A stretch of 64,000 nucleotides of DNA, taken from positions 74,090,001 through 74,154,000 of the forward strand of contig NC_043000.1 of NCBI RefSeq assembly GCF_006345805.1. Reading direction: 5' to 3'. The stretch is from Octopus sinensis (taxonomy: Eukaryota). A model generated the notes under the pieces. The model made no database searches, had not been told where the DNA came from, and saw only the letters and a program-made list of their open reading frames with translations. Shown one piece after another: positions 1 through 11,531 of the stretch. The position numbers were made by a program, and so were the translations under genes. Numbering within the stretch: the stretch's first letter is position 1; each line of letters opens with the position of its first letter.

Positions 1-49
1 TAAAAGTTAAAAAAAAAAATTATTTAAATAATTTAAACTTATAAATTTT

Positions 50-233
50 ATATATATATACAATATATATATATATATGTATGTATGTATATTTTTATAT
101 TTATATATTATTTTATTAATTAATTAATTAATCAATTAATTCATTTATTTATTTTTTTTTTTAAATATCAAAAGTATTAAAAGTTTAATATATATACATA
201 TATATAATATATATATATATATGTATATATTTG

Positions 234-291
<58 letters not shown>

Positions 292-324
292 GTATACATA
301 TATATATGTATATTATATATATAT

Positions 325-361
<37 letters not shown>

Positions 362-425
362 ACATATATATATATATATGTGTGTGTGTGTATATATATA
401 TATGTATATATATATGTGTATATAT
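50..425. repeat. (TA)n-rich microsatellite / AT-rich low complexity
   Basis: Imperfect TA runs with TG/CA interruptions. A similar tract lies at 777-904. Confidence 0.95.
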
Positions 426-680
426 ACTTGAACTGAGACTGCCAGCTGCCACTGACCATTCAAAATACGACCATCAGGGCACTCCCAGATTCTCCCACCC
501 CCCTTTCCTCACCAGCCTTCCCTCTACTACCCTACCAAGAACTCACAACTACCTCGAACACACAAGTGCAAACAAGGGAGTCAGAGAAAGGCAGAATGCC
601 ACTTAAATCTGAACACTACTATAGAAATATTCTTTTAAAAAAACTTTTCTTCTAATTTTTCTAAATTTAATTATTTAATC

Positions 681-726
681 GTTACAGTTGAAAAGGTCTC
701 AAAATGACCGAAACCGGTACTGAAAT
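681..726 (+). ncRNA. Degenerate minimal type I hammerhead ribozyme (Penelope-type) in a short remnant at ~426-775
   Basis: cag-TTGAAAA-ggtc(tcaaaat)gacc-GAAA-ccgg-TA-ctg. Stem II, GAAA, palindromic stem III and stem I are present, but the CUGANGA box has two changes. Confidence 0.55.
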
Positions 727-823
727 GTTCACTATAAAATTATTTTAGCATTTTCTATTTTTTACTTGTTTTTTCATATATATGTATATATATATGTATA
801 CATATATGTATATATATGTATAC

Positions 824-854
<31 letters not shown>

Positions 855-863
855 ATATATATG

Positions 864-907
<44 letters not shown>

Positions 908-1026
908 ACAATCAAGGAACGGCCATAATAGGCCATTCACCCACTAGAAATAACAGCCAAAGCTTCAACCGCAAATAAAAATCAATTCCGTAAACCAGGA
1001 GAAAATTAAAAAACATTTACCCTGTA

Positions 1027-1133
1027 ATTTCTTATACGATGCACCGTTTCATCTACTGTTTAATGGTAAACTAACCTGATTAAATTAAATCAAGCCAATC
1101 TTCCATAGGCCCTTAGATTCATCAGTAAGAAAT
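1027..1133 (-). ncRNA. Type I hammerhead ribozyme, copy 1
   Basis: Reverse complement of atttctta-CTGATGA-atcta...tagat-GAAA-cggtgcatcg-TA-taagaaat. Confidence 0.85.
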
Positions 1134-1514
1134 AGCCAAGTCGGAACAGATATTTTCACGAGGCATTTCCGACCCTACGAAGGCAATATCTGACCTAAAA
1201 TTTTCAAATCATCGCACTCGCGCCAAATTTATCGGCAGCAAATAAATATAAGCCGTCGATTCCATTACGGAATTAACCAGAAAATTCATAATTAATCAAT
1301 ATAGGGTGGCAAAAAATTTTGTAGAATTTTTTTGCCACCAGCGGCCTAGTGGGAAAAAATTAAATAGTCATAGACCATTTTTAAGTTCAACATCAACAAT
1401 CAAGGAACGGCCATAATAGGCCATTCACCCACTAGAAATAACAGCCAAAGCTTCAACCGCAAATAAAAATCAATTCCGTAAACCAGGAGAAAATTAAAAA
1501 ACATTTACCCTGTA

Positions 1515-1620
1515 ATTTCTTATACGATGCACCGTTTCATCTACTGTTTAATGGTAAACTAACCTGATTAAATTAAATCAAGCCAATCTTCCATAGGCCT
1601 TAGATTCATCAGTAAGAAAT
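1515..1620 (-). ncRNA. Type I hammerhead ribozyme, copy 2
   Basis: Same motif in the second monomer. Confidence 0.85.
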
Positions 1621-2001
1621 AGCCAAATCGGAACAGATATTTTCACGAGGCATTTCCGACCCTGCCAAGGCAATATCTGACCTAAAATTTTCAAATCATC
1701 GCACTCGCGCCAAATTTATCGGCAGCAAATAAATATAAGCCGTCGATTCCATTACGGAATTAACCAGAAAATTCATAATTAATCAATATAGGGTGGCAAA
1801 AAATTTTGTAGAATTTTTTTGCCACCAGCGGCCTAGTGGGAAAAAATTAAATAGTCATAGACCATTTTTAAGTTCAACATCAACAATCAAGGAACGGCCA
1901 TAATAGGCCATTCACCCACTAGAAATAACAGCCAAAGCTTCAACCGCAAATAAAAATCAATTCCGTAAACCAGGAGAAAATAAAAAAACATTTACCCTGT
2001 A

Positions 2002-2108
2002 ATTTCTTATACGATGCACCGTTTCATCTACTGTTTAATGGTAAACTAACCTGATTAAATTAAATCAAGCCAATCTTCCATAGGCCCTTAGATTCATCAG
2101 TAAGAAAT
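2002..2108 (-). ncRNA. Type I hammerhead ribozyme, copy 3
   Basis: Same motif in the third monomer. Confidence 0.85.
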
Positions 2109-2604
2109 AGCCAAGTCGGAACAGATATTTTCACGAGGCATTTCCGACCCTGCCAAGGCAATATCTGACCTAAAATTTTCAAATCATCGCACTCGCGCCA
2201 AATTTATCGGCAGCAAATAAATATAAGCCGGTAAATGTTTTTTAATTTTCTCCTGGTTTACGGAATTGATTTTTATTTGCGGTTGAAGCTTTGGCTGTTA
2301 TTTCTAGTGGGTGAATGGCCTATTATGGCCGTTCCTTGATTGTTGATGTTGAACTTAAAAATGGTCTATGACTATTTAATTTTTTCCCACTAGGCCGCTG
2401 GTGGCAAAAAAATTCTACAAAATTTTTTGCCACCCTATATTGATTAATTATGAATTTTCTGGTTAATTCCGTAATGGAATCGACGGCTTATATTTATTTG
2501 CTGCCGATAAATTTGGCGCGAGTGCGATGATTTGAAAATTTTAGGTCAGATATTGCTTGGCAGGGTCGGAAATGCCTCGTGAAAATATCTGTTCCGACTT
2601 GGCT

Positions 2605-2711
2605 ATTTCTTACTGATGAATCTAAGGGCCTATGGAAGATTGGCTTGATTTAATTTAATCAGGTTAGTTTACCATTAAACAGTAGATGAAACGGTGCATC
2701 GTATAAGAAAT
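2605..2711 (+). ncRNA. Type I hammerhead ribozyme, copy 4
   Basis: Stem I atttctta (2605-2612) pairs with taagaaat (2704-2711). CTGATGA 2613-2619, stem II atcta/tagat, GAAA 2688-2691, stem III cggtgcatcg, GUA cleavage triplet ending at 2703. Confidence 0.88.
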
Positions 2712-3092
2712 TACAGGGTAAATGTTTTTTAATTTTCTCCTGGTTTACGGAATTGATTTTTATTTGCGGTTGAAGCTTTGGCTGTTATTTCTAGTGGGTG
2801 AATGGCCTATTATGGCCGTTCCTTGATTGTTGATGTTGAACTTAAAAATGGTCTATGACTATTTAATTTTTTCCCACTAGGCCGCTGGTGGCAAAAAAAT
2901 TCTACAAAATTTTTTGCCACCCTATATTGATTAATTATGAATTTTCTGGTTAATTCCGTAATGGAATCGACGGCTTATATTTATTTGCTGCCGATAAATT
3001 TGGCGCGAGTGCGATGATTTGAAAATTTTAGGTCAGATATTGCCTTGGCAGGGTCGGAAATGCCTCGTGAAAATATCTGTTCCGATTTGGCT

Positions 3093-3198
3093 ATTTCTTA
3101 CTGATGAATCTAAGGGCCTATGGAAGATTGGCTTGATTTAATTTAATCAGGTTAGTTTACCATTAACAGTAGATGAAACGGTGCATCGTATAAGAAAT
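3093..3198 (+). ncRNA. Type I hammerhead ribozyme, copy 5
   Basis: Same motif. Predicted cleavage after 3190. Confidence 0.85.
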
Positions 3199-3579
3199 TA
3201 CAGGGTAAATGTTTTTTAATTTTCTCCTGGTTTACGGAATTGATTTTTATTTGCGGTTGAAGCTTTGGCTGTTATTTCTAGTGGGTGAATGGCCTATTAT
3301 GGCCGTTCCTTGATTGTTGATGTTGAACTTAAAAATGGTCTATGACTATTTAATTTTTTCCCACTAGGCCGCTGGTGGCAAAAAAATTCTACAAAATTTT
3401 TTGCCACCCTATATTGATTAATTATGAATTTTCTGGTTAATTCCGTAATGGAATCGACGGCTTATATTTATTTGCTGCCGATAAATTTGGCGCGAGTGCG
3501 ATGATTTGAAAATTTTAGGTCAGATATTGCCTTGGCAGGGTCAGAAATGCCTCGTGAAAATATCTGTTCCGACTTGGCT

Positions 3580-3686
3580 ATTTCTTACTGATGAATCTAA
3601 GGGCCTATGGAAGATTGGCTTGATTTAATTTAATCAGGTTAGTTTACCATTAAACAGTAGATGAAACGGTGCATCGTATAAGAAAT
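3580..3686 (+). ncRNA. Type I hammerhead ribozyme, copy 6
   Basis: Same motif. Predicted cleavage after 3678. Confidence 0.85.
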
Positions 3687-3904
3687 TACAGGGTAAATGT
3701 TTTTTAATTTTCTCCTGGTTTACGGAATTGATTTTTATTTGCGGTTGAAGCTTTGGCTGTTATTTCTAGTGGGTGAATGGCCTATTATGGCCGTTCCTTG
3801 ATTGTTGATGTTGAACTTAAAAATGGTCTATGACTATTTAATTTTTTCCCACTAGGCCGCTGGTGGCAAAAAAATTCTACAAAATTTTTGCCACCCTATA
3901 TTGA

Positions 3905-3979
<75 letters not shown>

Positions 3980-4131
3980 TGGAGTAAACACATAAATGTG
4001 AAACAAGGTGGAAAAAGAGTACTCAAATACCAGTGGTAGAGTAATCTGCTTTATTTAAAGCCGCAGAAAATTCAACAATACCTGTTACTCTGAGTAACAG
4101 GTTTTGTTGAATTTTCTTCAGTTTAAATAAA

Positions 4132-4178
<47 letters not shown>

Positions 4179-4179
4179 G

Positions 4180-4223
<44 letters not shown>

Positions 4224-4238
4224 TGTGTGTGTGTGTGT

Positions 4239-4480
4239 ATAATTGTTAAAGTGGACAACAAACATTAAGGCAAGGCAAACAATGAAAGTCTTACAGCTGA
4301 TTCTGGGATAACCCTAACTATGGGATATTCCATCATCAGAAACAAATAGGAAAAAATAGGGAAAATGAGAATGGTATATATTAGTGAGAGGATGACTTTC
4401 AATTTTTTCCAATAATAATATTGTTAACAACTTGAAATGTTTGCCTTGTCTTAATGTTTGCTGTCCTCTTTAACAATTAT
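4239..4480 (-). mobile_element. Short Penelope-like remnant with ~45-bp inverted ends and a degenerate hammerhead (4288-4343)
   Basis: ataattgttaaagtggacaacaaacattaaggcaaggcaaaca is mirrored at ~4438-4480. The minus strand reads gttt-CTGATGA-tggaata...tatccca-GAAT-cagctg-TA-agac. Confidence 0.55.
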
Positions 4481-4650
4481 ATATCCGTTGCATCAGAAAT
4501 CTGCAACGGCTCCATAACTACCATCTCAGCTACATTACTTAGAGCCCTAGTAATCCGTTACAGCACTCACTTAGCATACCTAATCATTTAGATCACCTGT
4601 GAACTAAACCCCTATACTTTATATAGATATATCTGTGTGTGTGTGTGCGC

Positions 4651-4683
<33 letters not shown>

Positions 4684-4869
4684 TGTATGTATATATATAT
4701 ATATGTGTGTATTTATATATATATGTATGTACTTATATGTATATATGTATATAGATATGACTTGCAGAGGTACCCGGCGTTGCCTGGTATAACTCTCAAT
4801 GGAGTAGTCATTCAAATGAACCAAAAGACTTCCATCAAACACGACTATAGAAGTTACAATTTACAGGTA

Positions 4870-5250
4870 TTGGCCCTAAGGAGGTCCTTTGGCCGTTCAC
4901 TATGAAATATCTCCGTGGAGGTGCTGCCAGCAAAGATGAATACAGAATCCAATGGTAACAATTTAATCTTGCTGGCCCTGAAGAGAGCCTTGGATCATTC
5001 ACTCTTAAAAGTTTCAGCAGCAGTCCAGTGATAACAATTTATAGTTGGTGACCCTGAAGAGGACCTTTTAATGTTCACTTTGAATTATCTCAGCAGCAGT
5101 GCTGCCAGCAAAGATGAATCTGATGGTAACAATTTAAACTTGGTGGCCCTGAAAAGGGTCTTGGATCATTCACTCTTAAAAGTCCCAGCAGCAGATCTGT
5201 CAGCAAAGATGACTCTGATTAGAGGTGATGGCCCTTAAGAAGTCCTTCAC
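4870..5250. repeat. Degenerate ~75-110 bp tandem repeats inside the Helitron
   Basis: Recurring ggccctgaaga...ttcact...cagcagcag...aaagatgaat...gtaacaattta blocks. Confidence 0.6.
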
Positions 5251-5251
5251 A

Positions 5252-6668
5252 CTACTTTGGTGTGTCATATTTGCTTTGCTTGTTATTTGAGATTGCAACC
5301 AAGAAAAAAATTGTAAAAGTCGATGGCCACAAAAGTGGCCTTGGCAAGATCATGCTGGAATGTAGCCATTTTGTCCGGTCCCATATACAATAAGACGGTA
5401 TTTCAGAATACAGCAGAGTTCGAGTGAAGTCGTCATGTTGACAAAGTTTGAAAAAAGCAGTGAGTGTAGTTTCCTTTGGTGTGGTCGCTAGCTGAGCAGC
5501 TGTTGCATCATTGAAATACATCTATTGTCTGTTTTCAAGGTGAATAGCAAGTTGTTCAATGATGGGGAGCCATTGGTACAGTGGGAAGCCAAAAATGTAC
5601 CAAAAGGTTTCATTGCTGCTAGTGTATCGGCCTTTTTGATAATCAGATACCTCTTCTCTACTGCTAAATACTTTCAAGAGGAGGGAGCAATATGGTACTA
5701 TCCAGCTGTTGTCAATTTTGCATTCACCGACCTTTGCTGTGAACCTGCCGTCTTCAGGTCTCCTGCACCTATAACAAAGGATATCTGTCATTGCCTGTCT
5801 GTGTTTCCTTTAAAAACGGCCTGTGATATCGTTTTGTACACTTTCCATCGTGTATGCATGGGGAGTTCATATTGAGTCCATGTCCACAAGGACCATCAAC
5901 CATGTTTGATGTACCTATAGAGAAGCGGTCCTTGTCAATTGACAGATAAGGTAGTTCATCAGAAATGAATTTGTCAATGTTGTTTGAACTGATTTTTGTA
6001 ACCAACCAAATCAAGATATGGGCATGTGGCAGCCCTTGTTTCTGACATTCAACCATGTGCATGTCACACCTGACAGGCCCCAAAGCCTCTCCTTTCTTTA
6101 ATAAATACATTAATTTGGATAATTTGAGGTGAAACACTCTTACTATGAGATCATGCCTGTGTCTTGGTGCTTGACCACGGAACAGTTCATTTGTAATCTC
6201 TTTCCACTTGGGATTGCATGTAAACATTATGAAAAGGTCGCCCATAATGTCATACATAAGCCATGGTGTCCTGAGTCCTCTCGTGCATATATCAGGGTCC
6301 CCCTGTGAATATTGAAGGCAAAATACACACTTGCCTAAATTGTCTGAGGATACGTCATTGTTAATTCCATCATGTAAATGAATGTAGCATTCAGATCGAA
6401 GTTTCTTTTGATTTAATTTAATGAACCATAATCTCTCGGACTCCATTTTAATGGCCATGTCAACAGCAAATTGTTGGAAAAGGTCCCGAGAATAGTATAG
6501 ATGGTTGAATGAATTGTCTCTTACCATAAATGGAAAAGTGTAGAAATCCATGCAGGTGACAGTTTTGCTAAGATGTGCCTCACCATTGCCTGCTGAATTA
6601 TGCGGAAATCTGAAATGGCATTCGCCCTTGCCATTGACAAATAGCAGTGATAAGTCTATAAGTGTCAA
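5252..6668 (-). pseudogene. Helitron RepHel, Rep (HUH endonuclease) region, frameshifted
   Basis: DLFIMFTCNPKWKEI, VECQKQGLPHAHILIW (HUH), GPCG..SPC..GKCTKRY, DNSWIVPY, QLAIHLEN, TTLTAFFKLC. Confidence 0.92.
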
Positions 6669-7501
6669 TATGTTTGTTCAGTTCAAACACAGTGTTACGT
6701 ACCACACAAACATGCAGTCCTCCATGATACCACCGCGGGATCTAGCATGAAAAAGCCTGCCGCACACATGTGGAAACCTGCTCAACAAGTTAATTACCAC
6801 TATAGAAATGGAAAAAGCAGTATCAAGAAGCCAGAAAAGCTGTCAACACAAATCCAAACTGTTGCATCTTGTCAAAGTCAATTTTCTCAATAATTTCACA
6901 ACATGAACGTCTCCACAATGCAACTACTGACTCATGGTCTTTTTCTTTTTCTTTCTTCTAAAAGAGACTTGTTTTTTTTTTCTTCTTTTAAAAGACAAGG
7001 AGCAACACTCATGTCCTGCAAATGTGAAATCAATATATTTTTTCCACGTTTGCAACAATAGTAATAAATATATACTAACTATTGAAAGGATAGAGGCAAA
7101 AATGTCCAAAAAATTACAGCATGATAAACTGGAACAAACTTCATTTAAGGTAACAAATGTTGAAGAAGCATACATATCAGAAACTTCTGGTAGCTTATGA
7201 GAGTACGTAAGTAAAAATGCCTACCACTTGTCAAAAGTCAAAAATGAAGTGTGATCCTAGGTCGGACTTGACCTATATAAATAGGAGTGATATCGCTTAA
7301 TGAACAACACTCCAGTTGTCTGGTTGGTTAGATAATACAAATAAGTGTGATGAAATCTGCTGAACACAACTCACTGATGTGTGGTTGGCCAGAAGTTGCC
7401 ATTTCACACTTAATTGAGGTGCAATTACTAATCAATCATTCACACAGTTTAGGCATGATTGTGAAATAGCAAAATCCACATACAATAGGTGTTAAAACTT
7501 A

Positions 7502-8300
7502 CATCATCATCATCATCATCATCATCGTTTAAACGTCCGTTTTCCGCGCTAGCACGGGTTGGACGGTTCGACCGGGGCCTGGGAAGCCAGGGCTGCACCA
7601 GGCTCCAGTCTGATCTGGCAGTGTTTCTACAGCTGGATGCCCTTCCTAACGCCAACCACTCCGCGGTGCTGGCAACGGCCACGTTCGGATGGTGCTTTTT
7701 ATGTGCTACCGGAACAGGTATCACAACTACTATTTCCATTGATATTTATTTCGATGTTCATGTACTTGACTCAACAGGTCTCCTCAAGCACAGCGAGATG
7801 TTCAGGAATCCAAGGTACTTTGAATGGGCAGGGGCTATGTGGAACTGGTGCAGGAAGAAGCCCGGGTCTTTGCAGTCACAGCATATCTCCAGAGATCTCG
7901 GTCCTTCGCCATTGCCTCAGTGAGGCCCAACGCTCTGAGGTCATGCTTGACTACCTCATCCCATGTCTTCCTGGGTCTACCTCTCCCCCTGATACCTTCA
8001 ACTGTTTGGGAGTGGCACTTCTTCACACATCTCTCCTCATCCATCCGCAGTACATGACCATACCATCGCAAGCGTCGCTCTTGCACACCGCATCCAGCGG
8101 ATCATGCTAGCTTCATTTCTTTCAAGTCTACGCATGTCCTCTGTAGTCACGACCCATGTTTCACTGCCGTGAAGCATGGCAGTTCGCACACATGCATCAT
8201 ACAATCTACCTTTCACTCTGCTCATGCACACCACATCTGATGCTTCTTATGTCCAGAATTTCTCTCAGTGTGCTTACCCTCTGTCGTGCACGCACACTGA
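7502..8300 (-). mobile_element. RTE-clade LINE 3' fragment with (GAT)n tail
   Basis: LHGSETW, RLRWYGHVLRM and RGRGRPRKTW motifs. (CAT)n at 7502-7526 on the plus strand. Confidence 0.85.
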
Positions 8301-8736
8301 GATTACATATATATATAAATATATTAGCATTAAAGACCTGTCATTGCCGGGTCATAGTGCTAGTGCATGTATATATATGTATTTATTAGTGTACATATTA
8401 CATGTACATCTATATATATACATCTACACATAAAATGCAAAATACAAAGTTATATCTTGATATCGCTAGTGATAACAATACTCAAAATATATAACAGACT
8501 GGAATTGTTTTATTACAACCCACAAGGGGCGAACACAGAGGGGACAATACAACCTGATGTGGGGTCAGATTCTCGAATGGGGTTACAAAAAAGATGAGAT
8601 TAAAAATTCACAACAATACAAAAATATAAAATCGAATGAAGAACAGACCGGAAGACATTACGGATGGAGTGGGGGCGGGTTTAGCTCGAACCGCACGAGC
8701 CCCGCCTCACCACTGATACTTTGGTTTCGTCTTGTT

Positions 8737-11518
8737 TTACTTTCGTGCTACATCCTTCCATCGTTCTTCATACACTTCCTTAGTCAGGCATTTTCTCTCC
8801 GGCCCTATCTTCCTTTTTAGGTGAAAGATGAAGTAATTCATCAATCCAGGGCTGGAGATGAACTTGCCTGACCGTAAACCTTTCATCCTAGTCTTCCAAA
8901 TCACCTCTCTTGCAATTGCTACTACAACGAGAAAACAATTCTTGCCTTCTTTTGCGAGGAAATCTGGTGGGTCAATTTTTATAATAGACTCAGTCGACAG
9001 CTGTACTCTTCGTGTGCTTGACAACAGCTGTTCGGCATAAACCCACACCTCAGACACGACCGAGCAATGAACAATAGCGTATGGGACGGTTTCCCTATCC
9101 CGCCCGAATCTTGGACATATCGGACTGCCTTTCCACCGTGCCTTGCGAATCAGGGCAAAGAACGACGGATAGGCGGTAGGTGATAACCGATGCGATAAAC
9201 ACATTGGCTACCTCCGCCCTTCCTTTCAGGGATAGCCACCGCCAAGACCAGGTCTTGGCTACTGCAGCCACCCTGCTCGATACCTCGCCCCAATTCTTCT
9301 CTATTTGGAGGTCTGGTCCAAACCAAACCCCTAGCAACTTAATCGGACCCTCCGTCCAACGTCCCACGACGCTGTCAGGAGGCATCGACTTGCCTCTCCA
9401 GGTGCCGAGCTGCAAGCCGACTGACTTTTCACGATTAACCTGTCACCGTCTCGTAAACCTCTTTGGCCTTGCCTACCCTCTGTAGGTGATCCATTTCGGT
9501 TACGATGATGGTGATGTCATCCCATCCGCGTAAGCTGACACCGATTTTCCACAACCTGGCTGTCTCGGGATGCCGCTCAGTTTTCGCAGTAATGGCTCAA
9601 GAGCCACCACGTACAAAAGCGGGGAGAGCGGACACCCTTGACGAACCGAGCGCTTGATATTGAACGGCTTCGAAAAGAAGCCGTTCACCCGAACTACCGC
9701 GTCGATGTTATCGTAAATTTGAATAATCCACCTGAAGAAGCCAAGGCCCAGCCCGAACTGTGCCAGAACGGACACCAGGTAGCGATGGTCGACCCTATCA
9801 AATGCTTTAGATAGGTCTAAATGAATCAGTGCTCCACCCTTGCCAGAATCACTATTAAACCCCTCTATAGTGTACCGCATAAGATGGAGATTATCCTGTT
9901 TGGTTCTGCCGGGAACGGCACATGTCTGTGCCTCCCCGATCAGACCATCCGCGACACATTTTGGCCAAAATCTTCAACTCTGTGTTTAGCAGAGTGATGG
10001 GCCTGAAATTATCAATGCATTCTCCCTTGTTCGGGTCCTTTCTGACAAGCGTCACTACTCCCCGGCGCACAGATCTGGGAATGAACCCGTTCTGCTGCCA
10101 GTTCGCATAGACCTCGTCAGTAGCTGCCCGAACAAGTCTGGCATACTCTTATATAAGTCATAGGGTAGACCATCCAAACCCGGCGCCCTGCCCGCGCCGC
10201 AGTCCACCATTGCCTCAACCACCTCCTCAGGCGTGATTGGCCCTTCACATCTCGCCCCGATAGTAAAGTCCCTCCTCCTATCCGGTCCGCCGCCCACACC
10301 GAAAAGCTGAGCGAAGTGCTCCTGAAAGGCCTCACACATCTCCTCCGGTTCGTTTATCAACTCACCTTGTTCGTTCGTCAAAGATCGAATCGTGGGGTCA
10401 TTACCACGCTGAGCTTCCACCACTCGGGGACATCTCACGGCGTTGATTCCTTCACAACCCATTGCGCGGATCCTAGCCCTGACAATGCAGTCCATGTGTT
10501 TGGCCTCGAGGTGCTGGTTTAACGCCAGTCTCTTGGCCTTCACGTGAGCCGCAGAGCCAGTTTTCAAGGCTTCCTCTAATTCCTTAACTAGAGTTGATTC
10601 CCTCCTAGCCTCTCTAGCCACTAATCCTATGCTATATCTAATAGTCTCGAATTTGATGACTCGCTTGAGGGCATACCACCATTTGTTATCAATGATGGCA
10701 CCAGATAGCGCCCTCTGGATTATAGTCCTAATCCGGTCTCTGTACTCCTTAATCGCCAAAAGGGGCGTATTAAGTTTCCAATAACCGGAGCCTCTATTAT
10801 TAGCCTTATCTATGTCAAGCTTACAGGTGACCATTTTATGATCACTGTAGCTAACCGGGTAAAACTGTGGACACTTAGCTATTTCTCTGTCTACTTTTCT
10901 AATTAGTATCCTCTCTATGTATGACCTGGAAGATCCATCGCTGCTTGACCATGTCCACAATGGAGCGTTCGGAAATTCCAACCTATAAGGATCTGCTAGC
11001 TCAAAGCGGCTTAGCAGTTCCAGGAAGCCAATGTTACCTTTTCTATCTGGACGCAAGCCAACACAATCTACATCCGCTTTGCAAATTGTGTTAAAGTCTC
11101 CTAGCACAACTAATGAATGCGAAGTACCAAGAAAGTTTTCCAGTTCTCGAAAATAATCACTTTGCCCTTTTTGGTTGGGTGCGTAAATCGCAACCAGTCT
11201 GATAACTTTACCGTTACTGAACGTCAAATCCATGACGACCAGCCTACCTTCTGGGTCTGAAAAAATTAACTTTTTCTCAAAAACCCGGTTTTGTTTTAAT
11301 AAGACCAACACCCCACCCCCGCCGGTAGGACTGGCCGGAGAGAAAAAACTCTCGTAGCCGTCGAACAGCGGGAGCAGACCTCTTGTCCCCTCTAACCGGG
11401 TTTCTGTAGCAACAATGACATCCAAATTACGCGACCTGATATCATTAAGGAAACGACCTTGTTTCCCGTTTGATCCCAGGCCGCGCACATTTAAACAACC
11501 AACATAAATGTAATCCAC
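8737..11518 (-). pseudogene. Tx1-like ORF2 (APE endonuclease, RT, C-terminal Zn finger), disrupted
   Basis: LNVRGL, GDFN, SDH, GYWKLN, PGLDGLP, SKAFDRV, RQGCPLSP and YAD motifs spread over several frames. Confidence 0.9.
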
Positions 11519-11531
11519 GGCTTACCTTATA

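Larger units (their letters stand above)
905..3910. repeat. ~488-bp tandem repeat array with internal inversion (retrozyme / Penelope-like)
   Basis: Unit starts at 905, 1393 and 1880. From 2231 to 3910 the same unit repeats as the reverse complement. Copies are near-identical and the array is flanked by (TA)n on both sides. Confidence 0.95.
4761..6700 (-). mobile_element. Decayed Helitron (3' end at ~4761, 5' limit uncertain)
   Basis: Subterminal hairpin (cccggcgttgcctgg) and a CTAG-like end at 4761, resembling the Helitron end at 21326. Rep coding remnant inside. Confidence 0.7.

Noticed and set aside
185-978. Ile/Tyr-rich ORFs here and at 4023-4905 and 39160-40133
   Set aside because: These are translations of (TA)n/(TG)n microsatellites, not genes.
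8490-8505. Junction motif as snRNA, spliced-leader or tRNA target
   Set aside because: I recognise no U snRNA, SL RNA or tRNA sequence in the flanks. It cannot be excluded without a database search.
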